Part shown: in pieces, positions 1 through 13,771 of the stretch
Layout of the letters: every line of letters starts with the position of its first letter
Numbering within the stretch: position 1 is the first letter of the stretch
NCBI GenBank assembly: GCA_009914755.4
Contig: CP068257.2
Coordinates: forward strand, 22,688,001-22,752,000
Length of the DNA: 64,000 bases
Direction of reading: 5' to 3'
Source: the human T2T-CHM13v2.0 reference genome, Homo sapiens
Translations under genes and position numbers: made by a program
Notes under the pieces: generated by a model
What the model saw: only the letters and a program-made list of their open reading frames with translations
The model's database searches: none
What the model was told of the DNA's origin: nothing

Positions 1-1942
1 TATGTTCTCATTAAAGTCTCAGTCCTGTTTAACTCATCAGTGTAAGCATATAGTTGTGTCTCGGACTGGTTGTCACACCACACACTGTGTTATAAACAGG
101 CACAGAAGGTGCTCAGTCTTTGCCCATTAACCTTGGGAATGGCTATTTGTTGCATCCAAGAAGGCTCTATGTATGTCTACACTTTGTTTGATAGGGTGAT
201 TGTAAGAGGATTACAAGTTACATAAGCAGGCAGAATAATCTCCTAATTAGAGATAGGGCTAGAAATCAATTCCTCTTTGTACAACATAATGACAATGCCT
301 TTTAAACATTTAAAGGTTCTTTCTGAGCAGTAGATCTTGTCACTATTGCTCATTAACTTCTCAGCCAATGTTATGTGGGTCATGGTAGCTTTGTGTACAT
401 TGCAAATATTACAAGTCAGTCACATTTAAATTTACTGTCTATTTTAAGATTTGAAAATGTTGCTTGATTCTAGTCAAAGAAAGCAATACATAACATTTGC
501 AACAAAAGAGCTTATGGAAAAAAAGACATCATTAACCTGTGAGATCTATGTTAGTCAGAGTTTCATCTCTATTTACATACAGATGCAGTGTACACACATA
601 CACACAGATACTCTTCCTCTGTTTATTAAAACTTTCATGTAATAGTGGCTGGCACAATAACATAAAATTATTCCTATGAAATAACATACTTTTATTTATT
701 TTTCCTGATTTTTAAAAATGAACAAAACAAGTTGTTAGTCCATTTCTATAGAATTAGCTTCCCAAATGAAGAATTCATTCAAAATTGTTTGAAGGACTTG
801 AATAATTATTGATTCACTGAACACAATGACATATAATATCTATGCACAAATGCAAGTTTCACACATAGGCAATGGGAAAACCATTAGTTTTAAAAATGTT
901 TCTGTATTTTCTCCACAGAGCTAGAGATTGTATTACTTTCATTCATTCTTCATTTTCTTTCAAATAAACATTATACCATGTGGTTAGCTGGAAATGTACT
1001 TAAAATGTCTATAAAGCCTGAGACAAATTTCATTTCAGAAATAAAAGCATATATGGAGGAAATAGGATGGGATTATTTGGGAAGTAACTCATTGAATCAC
1101 TAATTAACTCTACATAGAAACACTGATGTTAGAAAAAGGAAGAAGGAAAGAAAGAAATATGTTCGTGAGATCTATTGTAGAGTTTCCTTTGTAATTAAAG
1201 AATCAATTAACAAATATAAAATACAATATCTTTGAACTTATTAATAATTAACTTTCTGGCCCACAGATTTAATAGTTAAGTTTTTCTAATAATGGCAGGT
1301 GGAAGATAAATGAATAACAATCTTAGTTCTTTGCTGGAGTTCAATACAATAGTCAGATATACCACACATGTATAAGTATAATCACATGCATATTTGCAAG
1401 TTTACCCAATAATATACAATTATATATGTTTGACTCTATGTGTCAGTATTTATATAACTTCTAGCACCATAGAACTGTGCATTTTCATAAAGATACAGTT
1501 TTCTTCTGGAAACAAATCCTAGTATTTTAATTTTGGCTATCATATTAAAAATTAAACAATACAGAGGCAATAATTCTCAAGATGTTTTAGTTCCTGTATA
1601 AGCGATCATCTTCACTTTATATGTTTGGGATAGCAAAGATAAAATTTTCATGAATGCTATATATCTTACACTTCTTTCTTCTTTATACTTGCTCTGCAAA
1701 AAGGCAAACTTTTCTATAAAGGCACCAGATATTCTATAAATGTGACAGATATTTGAATTACTAAATAAATTGCATACCCAATAAAATTAGTCTATATATA
1801 CACCCTCAATAACTATGAAACAAAATTTGAAATAGACCTTCTTTTACCCTGATTTAATTTATTTATTCGTTTAATTTTTGGTCTTCCAGAATATTGGGTA
1901 CATTCTTAAAACAGGTGGAATGGGGAATGGAGACAAGTATCA

Positions 1943-2206
<264 letters not shown>

Positions 2207-3642
2207 TTATTAAGAAATAACTGCATGACTTTCTCATTTTAGCCTTTGTAAAAAGAAAGCTGAACATTCATTAGAATGAAGGACTGTAAAGAATGCTGTC
2301 AGTTTTAGCCCTCAAGACATATTTTGAAGATATTTGTAAGAAAATGGGAAAAGCATCTCTCTCCTTCTTTATCTGAATACTGCTGAGTTAAACATCATGT
2401 GGGTTGTATGTACTGTTACAAGAACCTAGACACTTGGTAGGGCACTGAAGAGCTTTGGGAAACCCTCACAAGTCCTCAGGAATTTGGGAAGAATAGAGAC
2501 TTCTGTCTGCTTTTCACCTGCTTCTCAAAAACGTACACAGCAGGAGATCCTAATTTTGATTATGTTCCCTGATGAAGCTGTGCTCAGAGAGCACAAAACC
2601 AGTGAAGTGATGTTTTTACTTTCTTCTCCTGCCTTCTCTCTCCTCCTCTGAGCCTGAAGTGTCCATAGCCAGCAGGATCGAAAGGTGACGGGGTGGAAGA
2701 TGAGTAATGAGAACATCTCATTGCCCAACTCCCCGTCCAAATTGTGCACCAGGCCTGACCTGCAGGATGGGAGAACTTAGAATCGAGTGCAAATTAGTTT
2801 TGGTTTAGATTGGATTGGTCTTTCATACTGAACATGAAGCCAAACCTAAGCTAAAAGGTTACAGAAAACTATTTATTATGTAAGATATGTACACCAAGGA
2901 TGGAAAATGGAATTCTGACAAAACATTTGTAAAGACCATGGTGGGATAAAAATGGTAAAAAGCATAATTATCAGATTGTTTATTAGTGATCCCCACACAT
3001 TAAGTAAATTGCCTCTGCCTAAAAGTAGTTAGGTTTCAGGAAAACTCTTCTACTCAGAATACAGAGAGGCAAGAGCAGAGACTCAACGCTGTTCGTGTGA
3101 AGAATATGGGACTTTTCCCCAACAGCAATCATTTACCTATCACTTTTTTCTCGTTGCCAAAAATCTAATAATTGAATATTGTTTGGGGAAAGTATTTCAT
3201 AGAAAATCTTCATGAAGACACAAATGTAGATGTGTACACTACTATTACTATGTAGTCCTAAATTATTAACTATGACAGGTGCCTTAAAATTACTAGCTTT
3301 CTCCAAAAAAATACTTTACACTGTCAAGGAAGGTTTTTGAATAACAAGTTCTATAAATCTGAAAACCAAAGACAATTATCATTACATCACGGAATGCCAG
3401 ATGTAATAGGCTAATCAGAAGAAGGCTGATCCTCCTAAGAAATTTCCAGTTCCTCCCAATTAAGCCACACACCTAGATGAACATATGTGATGTAGAGTGG
3501 CTGAAGGAGGGGAGATTTTTAGAAAAGAAAAAACTGGGCAACAATATTTAAGGTTAATAAAGATTTGATTATATTCTATTATATTTTATATTTGTAGTGA
3601 CTCATATGAGCATAAAAACACATATAAAAAATTGATTGACTT

Positions 3643-4004
<362 letters not shown>

Positions 4005-4610
4005 TTAATCTATTGAACATTAAAACAAATGAACCAAAAGCATAAAAACATCATACTCAGTGGTATGGTGCCAATTGCTATGAATTCAGTTCCACCCTGA
4101 ACTAAATAGCAACCAGTACATAATTATCAGAAAATTTAAAATGACACATAATTTGCAGAAAAGACAAAAAGGTTGCCAACATTTTAAGATAATATACCAA
4201 AATATCTATATTTTTATTCATTTATTAAAGTAAAAAAGTTTGTCAATGTGCAGAAATCAAAGGCACATTATAGATTAGCAATGTAGCTATGTACTTTTAA
4301 GAATATTCCATTTAAACTATCATCAAAGTATGACATCTATAGGAATAAATACAACTAAAGTTGTCTAAAATCTTAACGGTAAAAATTTTAAGACTTCGAA
4401 GAAATTTATAAGATATATTTTTAATAACAATGATACCTATAAATTTAATTTAATGTTCAGAATACGTAAGAATTACAATGAGCCACTAAGAAAAAACATT
4501 TGCAAAAAAAGAGCAAAATATATCAACTAGAACTTCATTCGTGAAGAAGCATGTTATTATGTAGAAGAATACAAATTAAATTGCAGAGATACAATTTTAT
4601 AATCATCACC

Positions 4611-4715
4611 AAAAGGATGGAGAAGTAGAAGAGAAGGAGGAAGAGGAAGAGGAAGAGGAGGGCAGGAAGATGAGGAAGAGAAGGAAGAGAAGGTAGAAAA
4701 TAAAAGAAAAAAAGG
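4611..4715. repeat. Purine-rich simple repeat, (GAGGAA)n/(GAA)n-like
   Basis: ggagaagtagaagagaaggaggaagaggaagaggaagaggagggcaggaagatgaggaagagaaggaagagaagg. Confidence 0.75.
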
Positions 4716-5040
4716 ATATTACCAGTATTTGTTATCATGAAGAAGTATTACTCAGTAGAACCACTTATAACTGGTTGGCATCACCTATTAAAGTATAACA
4801 TGACTGAGTGCATCCTACAACCGAGAAAATGTCTTGCTAAGTATATATTCTAGAGAAACTCATCTTCATTTATAAAGAAGGGTTTTTTTAATTAAAAATA
4901 TTCAAGTTTCAACCTTGCATCAGAAACTGATCAAGATATTAAAAATGCAACAGTGAGCAAAATGCAGTTCTCTGGTTTCTTGGAGTTTTAATTCCATTGG
5001 GAGAAATAAATATTAACATACCTATATAAAATACTTCAGA

Positions 5041-5340
5041 CCAGGCACAGTGGTTCATGCCTGTAATCCCAGCACTTCGGGAGGCCGAGGCGGGCAGATC
5101 ACGAGGTCAGGAGTTTGAGACCAGCCTGACCAACATGGTGAAACCTCGTCTCTACTAAAAATACAAAAATTAGCTGGGCGTGGTGGTGGGTGCCTGTAAT
5201 CCCAGCTACTCGAGAGGCCGAGGCAGGAGAATCGCTTAAACCCGGAGATGGAGGTTGCAGTGAGCGAAGATCGTGCCACTGCACTCCAGCCTGGGTGACA
5301 GAGCCAGACTCTGTTTCAAACAAACAACCCAAAAAACCCA
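5041..5340 (+). mobile_element. Full-length Alu with target-site duplication AAATACTTCAGA
   Basis: CCAGGCACAGTGGTTCATGCCTGTAATCCCAGCACTTCGGGAGGCCGAGGCGGGCAGATCACGAGGTCAGGAG...GCACTCCAGCCTGGGTGACAGAGCCAGACTCTGTTTCAAACAAACAACCCAAAAAACCCA. aaatacttcaga occurs at 5029-5040 and again at 5343-5354. Confidence 0.92.
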
Positions 5341-5678
5341 CAAAATACTTCAGATGTTGATAAGAAAAGGAAAGCAGTCAGGGCAGGCAATAAGTAGTGG
5401 AAATTGACCTGAGACATTTTCCCCAGAAATGACAATTTGGGAAAAAGGTTTAAATGAGGTAAAGGAGACAGCTCTGCATATTTGAGGATGAGGATTTCAG
5501 GCATAGGAAACAGCATGTGCAAAGAACAGGCGACATGAATGCCTGAAAATTTTGAGGAACAGCATGTCCGGAATTTTGACAGTAGCTGGTTTCTCTGAAA
5601 GAAAAATATGAAAACATCTCTCATTTACATTACTAGTGAAATGAATAAATTATGCTACATTTGTGAAAAATAATATTC

Positions 5679-6410
5679 TTTTTTTTTAATCATACTTTAA
5701 GTTTTAGGGTACATGTGCACAATGTGCAGGTTTGTTACATATGTATACATGTGCCATGTTGGTGTGCTGCACCCATTAACTCATCATTTAATATTAGGTA
5801 TATCTCCTAATGCTGTCCCTCCCCCCTCCCCCCACCCCACAACAGGCCCCGGTGTGTGATGTTCCCCTTCCTGTGTCCATGGGTTCTCATTGTTCAATTC
5901 CCACCTATCAGTGAGAACATACAGTGTTCAGGTTTTGTCCTTGCGATAGTTTGCTGAGAATGATGGTTTCCAGCTTCATCCATGTCCCTACAAAGGACAT
6001 CAACTCATCATTTTTTATGGCTGCATAGTATTCCATGGTGTATATGTGCCACATTTTCTTAATCCAGTCTATCATTGTTGGACATTTGGCTAGGTTCCAA
6101 GTCTTTGCTATCGTGAGTAGTGCTGCAATAAACATATGTGTGCATGTGTCTTTATAGCAGCATGATTTATAATCCTTTGGGTATATACCCAGTAATGGGA
6201 TGGCTGGGTCAAATGGTATTTCTAGTTCTAGATCCCTGAGGAATTGCCACACTGTCTTCCACAATGGTTGAACTAGTTTACAGTCCACCAACAGTGTAAA
6301 AGTATTCCTATTTCTCCACATCCTCTCCAGCACCTGTTGTTTCCTGACTTTTTAATGATTGCCATTCTAACTGGTGTGAGATGGTATCTCATTGTGGTTT
6401 TGATTTGCAT
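5679..6410 (-). mobile_element. L1 (primate L1PA-like) 3' end fragment, ~730 bp (3'UTR + ORF2 C-terminus), antisense
   Basis: Poly-T, then reverse complement of the L1 3' end (tttaagttttagggtacatgtgcacaatgtgcaggtttgttacatatgtatacatgtgccatg...). The minus-strand ORF 5908-6333 translates to the L1 ORF2 C-terminus ([40 protein letters not shown]...IAKTWN..KCPT). Confidence 0.88.
5908..6333 (-). pseudogene. L1 ORF2 C-terminal remnant (part of the truncated L1 above, non-functional)
   Basis: The 141-aa translation matches the C-terminal ~140 residues of L1 ORF2p. The element is 5'-truncated, so no intact ORF2. Confidence 0.8.
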
Positions 6411-6949
6411 GATCAGGAATGTAATGTTCTGATTCCATTTTTTAAATCTGACAGCTGACAGCTTTTAATTCCCACTCTTTTCTCTTCTCTGCTTTCTATA
6501 ACTATGAAAACCAATAAGAAAACCTGATTACTTTCTTCTTTGGTGCCAATTAGAATCTCTGTCCTATGCAGACACCAGATCAGCCATGGGAACCCTCACT
6601 GTGCTCTCATACTCCAACCACAACAACAGACAATGCCAATTCTTGTCTTTCAACCCAGTTTTAGACCTTGCTCTTTCGACCCAGTTTTAGACCTGCTTGT
6701 TAGCTCTCTTGCTCTTCTAGAAAGCCTTATTATTTGAGCGTAAACATTTACATACCCTGTTGGCATATGTGTGGCACCTCAGCAACTGCGGTGGATTTTA
6801 TATGGGGAATCCCATCTTGCCTCCATATAGAGACCACAAGACAACTGCCACAAAGCAGTGTGTGCAGGTGATGATGATCAGTACTGATAGGGTGTTTGTC
6901 TTATCTTGCTTTGGCTTCCTAAATGGTGTGTAACCTTCTGTCTGCATAC

Positions 6950-7248
6950 TTTTTTTTTTTCTCTTTTAAGTTGGAGTCTCGCTCTCTCACCCATGCTGGA
7001 GTGCAATGGTGCAATCTTGGCTCACTGCAACCATCGCCTCCCGGGTTCAAGCGATTCTCATGTCTCAGCCTCCTGAGTAGCTGGGACTACAGCCATGTGC
7101 CAACACTCCCGGCTAATCTTTGTATTTTTAGTAGAGATGGGGTTTCACCATGTTGGCCAGGCTGGTGTTGAACTCCTAGCCTCAGGTGATCTGCCCACCT
7201 TGGCCACCCAAAGTGCTGGGATTACAGGCGTGAGCCACCGTGCCTGTC
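6950..7248 (-). mobile_element. Full-length Alu, antisense
   Basis: Poly-T, then GGAGTCTCGCTCTCTCACCCATGCTGGAGTGCAATGGTGCAATCTTGGCTCACTGCAACC...GGATTACAGGCGTGAGCCACCGTGCCTG (reverse complement of Alu). Confidence 0.92.
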
Positions 7249-7484
7249 TCCTGCATAATCTTTGAGTTGTGTTGCTGCCTACAGGCAAAGTTGCACTTTG
7301 AGTTGAGCTTCTTTGTGCTGCATTTGCTGAGTTCTGCCATGCTTCTGTTATAGACTTAACTGACCAATATCAGAAGTATCCTTACTGGCATCTGAAGAAA
7401 GGATTAAGAAATTGGGACCTTCCTTAAAGGGGCCTTGGCTCCTGCATCATAACCTGCATTTATCTGTATTTCAGATTAAGGCAT

Positions 7485-8035
7485 GTGTCTTGATTCTGTC
7501 TAGTTTTTTCAGCCTTCTATAAAAAATACCAAAAACTGAGAAGGTTATAAACAAAAGAAATTTCCTTCTCATAGTTCTGAAGTCTGGGAAGTTCATGAAC
7601 AAGTTGCTGGCAGATTCAATGCCTGGTGAGGGCCTGCTTTCTCGTTCACTGATGGTCATCTTCACCTTGCGTTCTCACATGATGGACAGGGCTAGCTAGC
7701 TCTCTGGGGCCTCTTTTATGTGGGCACTACTACCATTCATGAGAGCTCTGCCCTCACAATCTAATCATCTCTCAAATGCCATCATCTCCTAATGTTATCA
7801 CCTTGGGAATTAATATTTTAGCAGATGAATTTTGGGAGAACACATATATTCAGACAATAACATCACTATATGTAGTAAGCTTAGGATAAAGATTTGCCCG
7901 GGGACTGTCGGTTTTATGTCTTAATCAGGCTATGATTTCCATCCTATAGAGCACTTCTGGGAAAGACTGATGCCGTGTGCAATATATGGGTTCACCAGGT
8001 GGCCACTCCTGTGGAGAAAGAATAGTCACTATTTA
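7485..8035 (-). mobile_element. MaLR LTR, MLT1-class (solo LTR), antisense
   Basis: Reverse complement of the MLT1 LTR 3' half. The hallmark motif ...ataaacaaaagaaatttccttctcatagttctgaagtctgggaagttcatgaacaagttgctggcagattcaatgcctggtgaggg corresponds to the consensus ttataaacaacagaaatttatttctcacagttctggaggctgggaagtccaagatcaaggcgccggcag. The element extends through the inverted 5' half (~7855-8035). Confidence 0.6.
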
Positions 8036-11000
8036 GAAATCCAGAATTTACTAAAATAATTTATGTAAGAAGAAAAATAAAAGGACTTTGATGATTTTTG
8101 TACTGCTACAAGAAAGGAAACTTGATTAACTTTAGCAGATGCTAAAATGTACCAATCAGAAAAATTTAATGACCTTTATCAACACTAGGTCTCAAATTAC
8201 AGTTACATCTGGGAATCGAAATAATTTTAAACAAGATATCCTGTTTAATCTAGGGGGAATTACCAATGAAAACAGAAGAAAACAAGTACACCTCACCAGA
8301 GCTACTGCACTGCCCAAGTTCCCCATAGTCATAGCGCCCATTGCCCTAAAATATTCCATCAAAGACAGAAACTCTTACCATACAAGCCAAAACTTAAATA
8401 TTCATAAACAGTAACTAAATAAAATTAGTTAGTAATGAAATTAAGTTAAATTAAATTGCATTTAAATCTCTAGTCCTTAAAATGCTATTGACATAATGAG
8501 ACTTATTCCGTCCCCACCAGTTAAAATAGTTAATACCGCTTAGTATAAATAAAAACATGACCTTTAAGAGTAGAACTCGGCCTCTCTAGCATATCCCATA
8601 TGCAAGAAATGTTGGCCTCCTCCTCTCCCCATTCCTTTGCCAGATGCCATGGTGCTGGATGAAGTTATCCCTCTCCCAGACCCCTTGGCTACCTGGGCAG
8701 CTCCTTGTGATCAACTGAGTAAATAGCACAGAGCATTTCTAAATTGTATAGATGGCAGCACCACGTTACATATGATGAAGTCCCCAGGAGCGTTCTTGCC
8801 ATCTACCTTTCAATCATGATATCACAGATCAAAGACACACAAAAAGTCAGCACAAATGGCCTGGCTTTGGGCATTCATTCCTAGCACTGGATGCCCTGGC
8901 CAACAACAGCCCCATCTGCACATTTTTACAGATTATTGAGCTATTGCCACTATTCTGGTCATCTGATCCAGCCAATGGCCAAAGCAACAATTCTTTATCC
9001 AAGGTTTCTCTATTTGTGGTAAAGAACATATGGGGTAAACAATATAAACCACAGTTCTCTATGTCTCTGTACATAGTAAAGCCACAATACAAGTTCTTAT
9101 CAAGGCATTTATACCCTTTGGATTTCAAGATAGCTTTCATAGTGGCCAAGGTACATCTCACTTCTCAAAAATGCGCAGTGCTGGGATCCTGGACAAAGCA
9201 TTCAGTGAAACTAAACTTTCTTACTGGCCTAGGCTACAGCTCTCATAGAATGTCAGGCATATAGCTTATAAAGACAAATTTTAATGTTTCAAGTCCCACT
9301 CCTCCTTCTTCGCCTGTATCTAAGCAAGACAAAAATAGAGCCCAGCTGCTTCCTCCTTTGGTACCAGCAAGAAGTTTAAATAATGCAAGTCACTGGCCCA
9401 AACAGGAACTCTCACCCTGGCCCCACCTCTAATCATAATACTAATAATTAAAGCCAGTTTCTACTCTTTTCTCTCTCAAGTCATTTTCAGACCTTCAGGG
9501 AAGCCTCACTTGCTCTTTCCCAAAAAACTCATTTTAAGTGTAGTAAAACTTTCCATGCTATTTTGGGGAATGTGTATATATATAAATTATGAATTAATGC
9601 AATTAAAATTAATATAAATTCAAAAAAGTGGTCACATGGGCAGTGAGGACTGCATATTATCAGAAAATGGCATGCAGAAGATATTGAGAACGTTGGAAAT
9701 GTTGTATTTCTTAATCCATGGTGCTCACATTTGTAACCATCATTTTTTCCTTTAAGCTTTCTCATAGGTTTTAACATTTATATTCAATTGCAGAATACCA
9801 AATAGAGTAATATAATCAATAGTGTAGTTATTGAAAAATAGAAATGAAAAACTGAGTTTGAAGCAAAGGCAGGTATCAAACATTTGAAAAAAAGTTTTAA
9901 ATATTTAAACCGGTAGCGATTTTTCATAAAAATTAAGTCTCTACCGTAATAAAAATAATAACTAATGGAAAATTGTTATCATGTGATCTAAAATTATTTC
10001 TCATCTTATTTTTATCTTATGGCAATATTAACTTAGGCACTGAAAAATTCAAAAACTAAAGCAAACCAAAATATGTTCATGTACTTGGGAGAACAATTTA
10101 AATCAAATACTAGTGGCCTGTTTTTTTATTGTAATCAATTCAGATGATAATTTTTATATACTTCAAATTTATGGTTAAATGTCACTAACATATTATGGAT
10201 TTAATATCTTTAAAAATTCGTTTTAAAGTCAGAGGTCATAGGTAATATTCCTGTTGTTAAATAATATCTATGAACCTCAGTTTTCCCACAGATAAAAGAA
10301 GGATAATAGAACTGTTGAAAGAGGGTTGCTATAAGGAATAAAAGAGGTAATAAAACTGAAAATGACATTCGCAGGGTCTAACTTACATAAGATACTCAAT
10401 AATTTTTGGCATAATTTAAGAATCCTCTGAGAATAAGAAAATATTTCACTTCTCAATGAAACATTAGAAGAATGGCTTTTGTCTCTTGAACACCGACATA
10501 AAATCATACTGCTAATTAATTGGCCATCGAGACTAATCAGAAGGAACAGTATGATAAGTTTGGTCAGTGAATGCTCAGGAAGCAATCACATCAGAATGAT
10601 AAATGCATCTATAGTTCTCGGGAACATAAATTTATTTTCAGGAGTGGCTCAGTGACAAAGGATTGACTCCTAGTTCTGATAAAATTGTTAACTCAAGTTA
10701 CCATACTATTTTTATTTAAGAAATACTGATTTCAGCCCTCTTGATACACTGATTTTTCCAATGTCATTGCTGATTCATGTTTGATTATACTACCCCTCCC
10801 TTTTTTTTTTTGGACCTTTCCATATCCATTTATATGATTTGCCTGATTTCTATAAAACAGATCAGGATATGAAGAAGAAAACAATAAAAAAATCATGTCT
10901 AGCAAGGACAGAGGTCACCTCCAATGGAGACACTTCAGGAATTGCTCGGGAAAGAACATCAAGTGGTCAAACAGGAGGATATATGTGGTTCAAGCTACAG

Positions 11001-11145
11001 AAACAGCAACAGGCTGAGCAGCCAACATAAGGTAAGAACTGATTCCAGGATGGGTGACTCTGCTATGTGTTGCCTGATCTGGATACATTTTAAATTGAAC
11101 TCCATCATTTTTTGAGGCCCTCTGGGAAACGTATCCATTGAAAAC

Positions 11146-11342
11146 AGTCGACACCAGGGTCTACTTGAATGGGGCTGGGGGAGGTGGGATGAGGGAGAGG
11201 AGCAGAAAAGACAACTACTGGGTACTGGGCTTAATAACTGGGTGATGAAATAATATGTACAACAAATCTCATGACACATATTTTCCCATTTAACAAACCT
11301 GCACATGCACCTCCAAACCAAAAATAAAAATAAAAATAAATG
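11146..11342 (+). mobile_element. Short L1 3'-end tip (~200 bp), sense
   Basis: acaccagggtctacttgaatggggctgggggaggtgggatgagggagagg...gggtactgggcttaataactgggtgatgaaataatatgtacaacaaatctcatgacacatattttcccatttaacaaacctgcacatgcacc followed by an (AAAAT)n tail. This matches the last ~200 bp of the primate L1 3'UTR. Confidence 0.65.
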
Positions 11343-11500
11343 AATAACAACACCACAAAGACCAGCAGGATTCCAGCCTGATACTGTAATGTATTTTGGA
11401 TTCTTAACTCGATCCTAAAATAGGAAATTTGTGCATTGCTAGTGACAGAAGGAATATTATTTGCAAGATTTATTGGCAACTTTGCATTTATTCTCGAAGG

Positions 11501-11835
11501 CAGTGGTTCCCAACCTTTTTGGCACCAGGGACCAGTTTCATGGAAGACAATTTTTCACAGATGGGGGAAGGTGGGAGGATGGTTTTGGTATTATTCAAGC
11601 TATTACATTTATCATTAAATTCTCATAAGGACAACACAGCCTAGATCCCTCCCATGCACAGTTCACAGTGGGGTTGGCATTCCTATGAGAACCTAATGCT
11701 ACGGCTGATCTGACAGGAGGCAGAGCTCAGGTGGCCATGCTTGCTTGCCCCTGGCTCACTTTCTGTTGTGCAGCCAGTGCCTCAAATGCCATGGGCCAGT
11801 ATAAACACAGAAGATGGGAACACCTGCTCTAAGGC
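11501..11835 (+). mobile_element. hAT-Charlie non-autonomous DNA transposon, MER1-type (MER1B-sized, ~335 bp)
   Basis: Starts CAGTGGTTCCCAACCTTTTTGGCACCAGGGACCAGTTTCATGGAAGACAATTTTTCACAGATGGGGGAAGGTGGGAGGATGGTTTTGG... and continues ...AGATCCCTCCCATGCACAGTTCACAGTGGGGTTGGCATTCCTATGAGAACCTAATGCTACGGCTGATCTGACAGGAGGCAGAGCTCAGGTGG. These are the characteristic MER1A/B terminus and internal sequence. The right end is degraded. Confidence 0.6.
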
Positions 11836-12010
11836 CTAACTTAGAATATTTTTTGTAATTTCTATCCCTCTAGTATAGCCACAATTCCCAAATGGGCTTT
11901 CAAAAGCGTGTAAAAAAATATTATTTGGAAGTTTTAATGGGGAAAAATAACTGAATACAGATGAATCTGCAAAAGAAAAACTATGAATGTTATGGAACCT
12001 CCTTTATTAA

Positions 12011-12086
12011 ATCTATCTATCTATCTATCTATGTATCTATCTATCAACTGTCTATCATCTGTCTATTTATCATCTATCTATCTCAG
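12011..12086. repeat. Tetranucleotide microsatellite (TCTA)n, compound and interrupted
   Basis: tctatctatctatctatctatgtatctatctatcaactgtctatcatctgtctatttatcatctatctatctc. Confidence 0.9.
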
Positions 12087-13728
12087 CTGTCTTTCACTTG
12101 GATGATGCTAATTATTGTTTATTTAGCTATTTTCCAGTTCTACTTGTGAAAAGAAATAGGAAGAGACAATACTAATCTAGAATAGTCTATGAAAGTTAAC
12201 TTTAGATGAAAGTACACTTACAATAAATGCTTTAAGTCAAAAGGAACTAATAAATTGCCCATCTTTAAAAAGTGTCTAATATCACGGGACAATTCCATGA
12301 AAATTTCTCTGAAAATTTGTTAAGATCTTTACATTTGTTTCAGTGCAATGCCCAGTGTTATGAGAGAGATTACTAATAAACTAGATATAAAGAGGGAAAC
12401 AGCCTAATGCCTCTAAAAATGATAGTGCTACTATACATACATTTTAATGTCTTCTTTTTGTGTACGAAATGAGTATTTGTTTTAGTGAGAAATAAAGTTA
12501 TTAAATGCTGGAACTGGCCTCTGGAAAATTTGGCTGCTGAAGTCTCTTATTGTTCATTTTCATCTAATCAGCGATTTTGAATTATTTTATCTATGAGTAG
12601 GATGATTAACTCACATATTTCGATGAAGTTATATAATGCAATGCATTTATATATGATATTGATTTAAATAGCTATAATTGATAATTGCAAAATAAACATT
12701 GGTGATAACTTCAGGTCTTGCTTTATATCAAAATATATAGTTTATTAGGTACATAGTATTTGTCTGAATCAAAATATAATTAATCGTACATAATTGAAAA
12801 CTTTAAACTCTTTTTTCTAAAGGATATAACTTAACCAAAAATTCAGATTTTGAATGATGTTATTGGACAATACAAAAATTAAGGTTTCTGTAACTCATGA
12901 GTAGCAAAATTAGTGACTCTGGGCATGTCTAATTCTAGCAAATATCTTCTCTCTACACAATAAAGAACGATTAAAGCAACAAGAGAAAAGAAATGTACCA
13001 AAATGGTTCTAAAATTACTGATTATAATTAAATCAACTCTGTCATCATTTTCTGTGACAAAAAGCTTGAAGTTACGCACATTGCCTCACTTAGCATAGTG
13101 TTTCCATTCGTATTCAGATTTATGTATGCTTAAGCATGATATCTGTGTTAGGTAATAACATATGGTTATTTAGCCATGCCATGCAAATTACAAATGAATG
13201 CATATTTTAAATAAAGATTGGTGTTAGCTGCAATGCCTTAGCAAATTAATGTTTTCTCTTTAGTAATTAAATACACAAAGCATGTTTCTTTTAGCCTCCA
13301 GGTTTTCTTATTATTGGCCATTTTATGACATTTTCAAAGTAGTCTACCAAATAGAAAAGATCCGTGCTGCCCTTTATAAAACAATACAGAGAAATGTTTA
13401 TACTTTCAAGCCTGAAAAAGTGACTTGAAATTAATAACTTTTTTTCTAAAAGAAGTCAATAGATTATAAGTCATGGAAGTTAATATAATTTATTTTTGGA
13501 ATTTGTTGTCAGTGAGACTACTAATGCACTACTCTGCCATCTCCCTAACCCTCCCCAATCAATAATACTTTTTAAAAGATATGTGGTTTAATATCCATAT
13601 GCTTAAAATATATGCTTTAAATACAAATTTCTTAAGGAATTGGAGCTTTGTGTGACACTGATGCAAGATGTTATCTTTGCTTCAAAGAGTCAGACTTTAT
13701 GGCAGTTCCCTGTAGTGTGCACAATTTG

Positions 13729-13771
13729 TGAGTGTGTGTGTGTGTGCGTGCGTGTGTGCGTGTGTGTGTGT
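13729..13771. repeat. (GT)n / (GTGC)n dinucleotide microsatellite
   Basis: gtgagtgtgtgtgtgtgtgcgtgcgtgtgtgcgtgtgtgtgtg. It lies directly at the 3' boundary of the L1 below. Confidence 0.9.
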
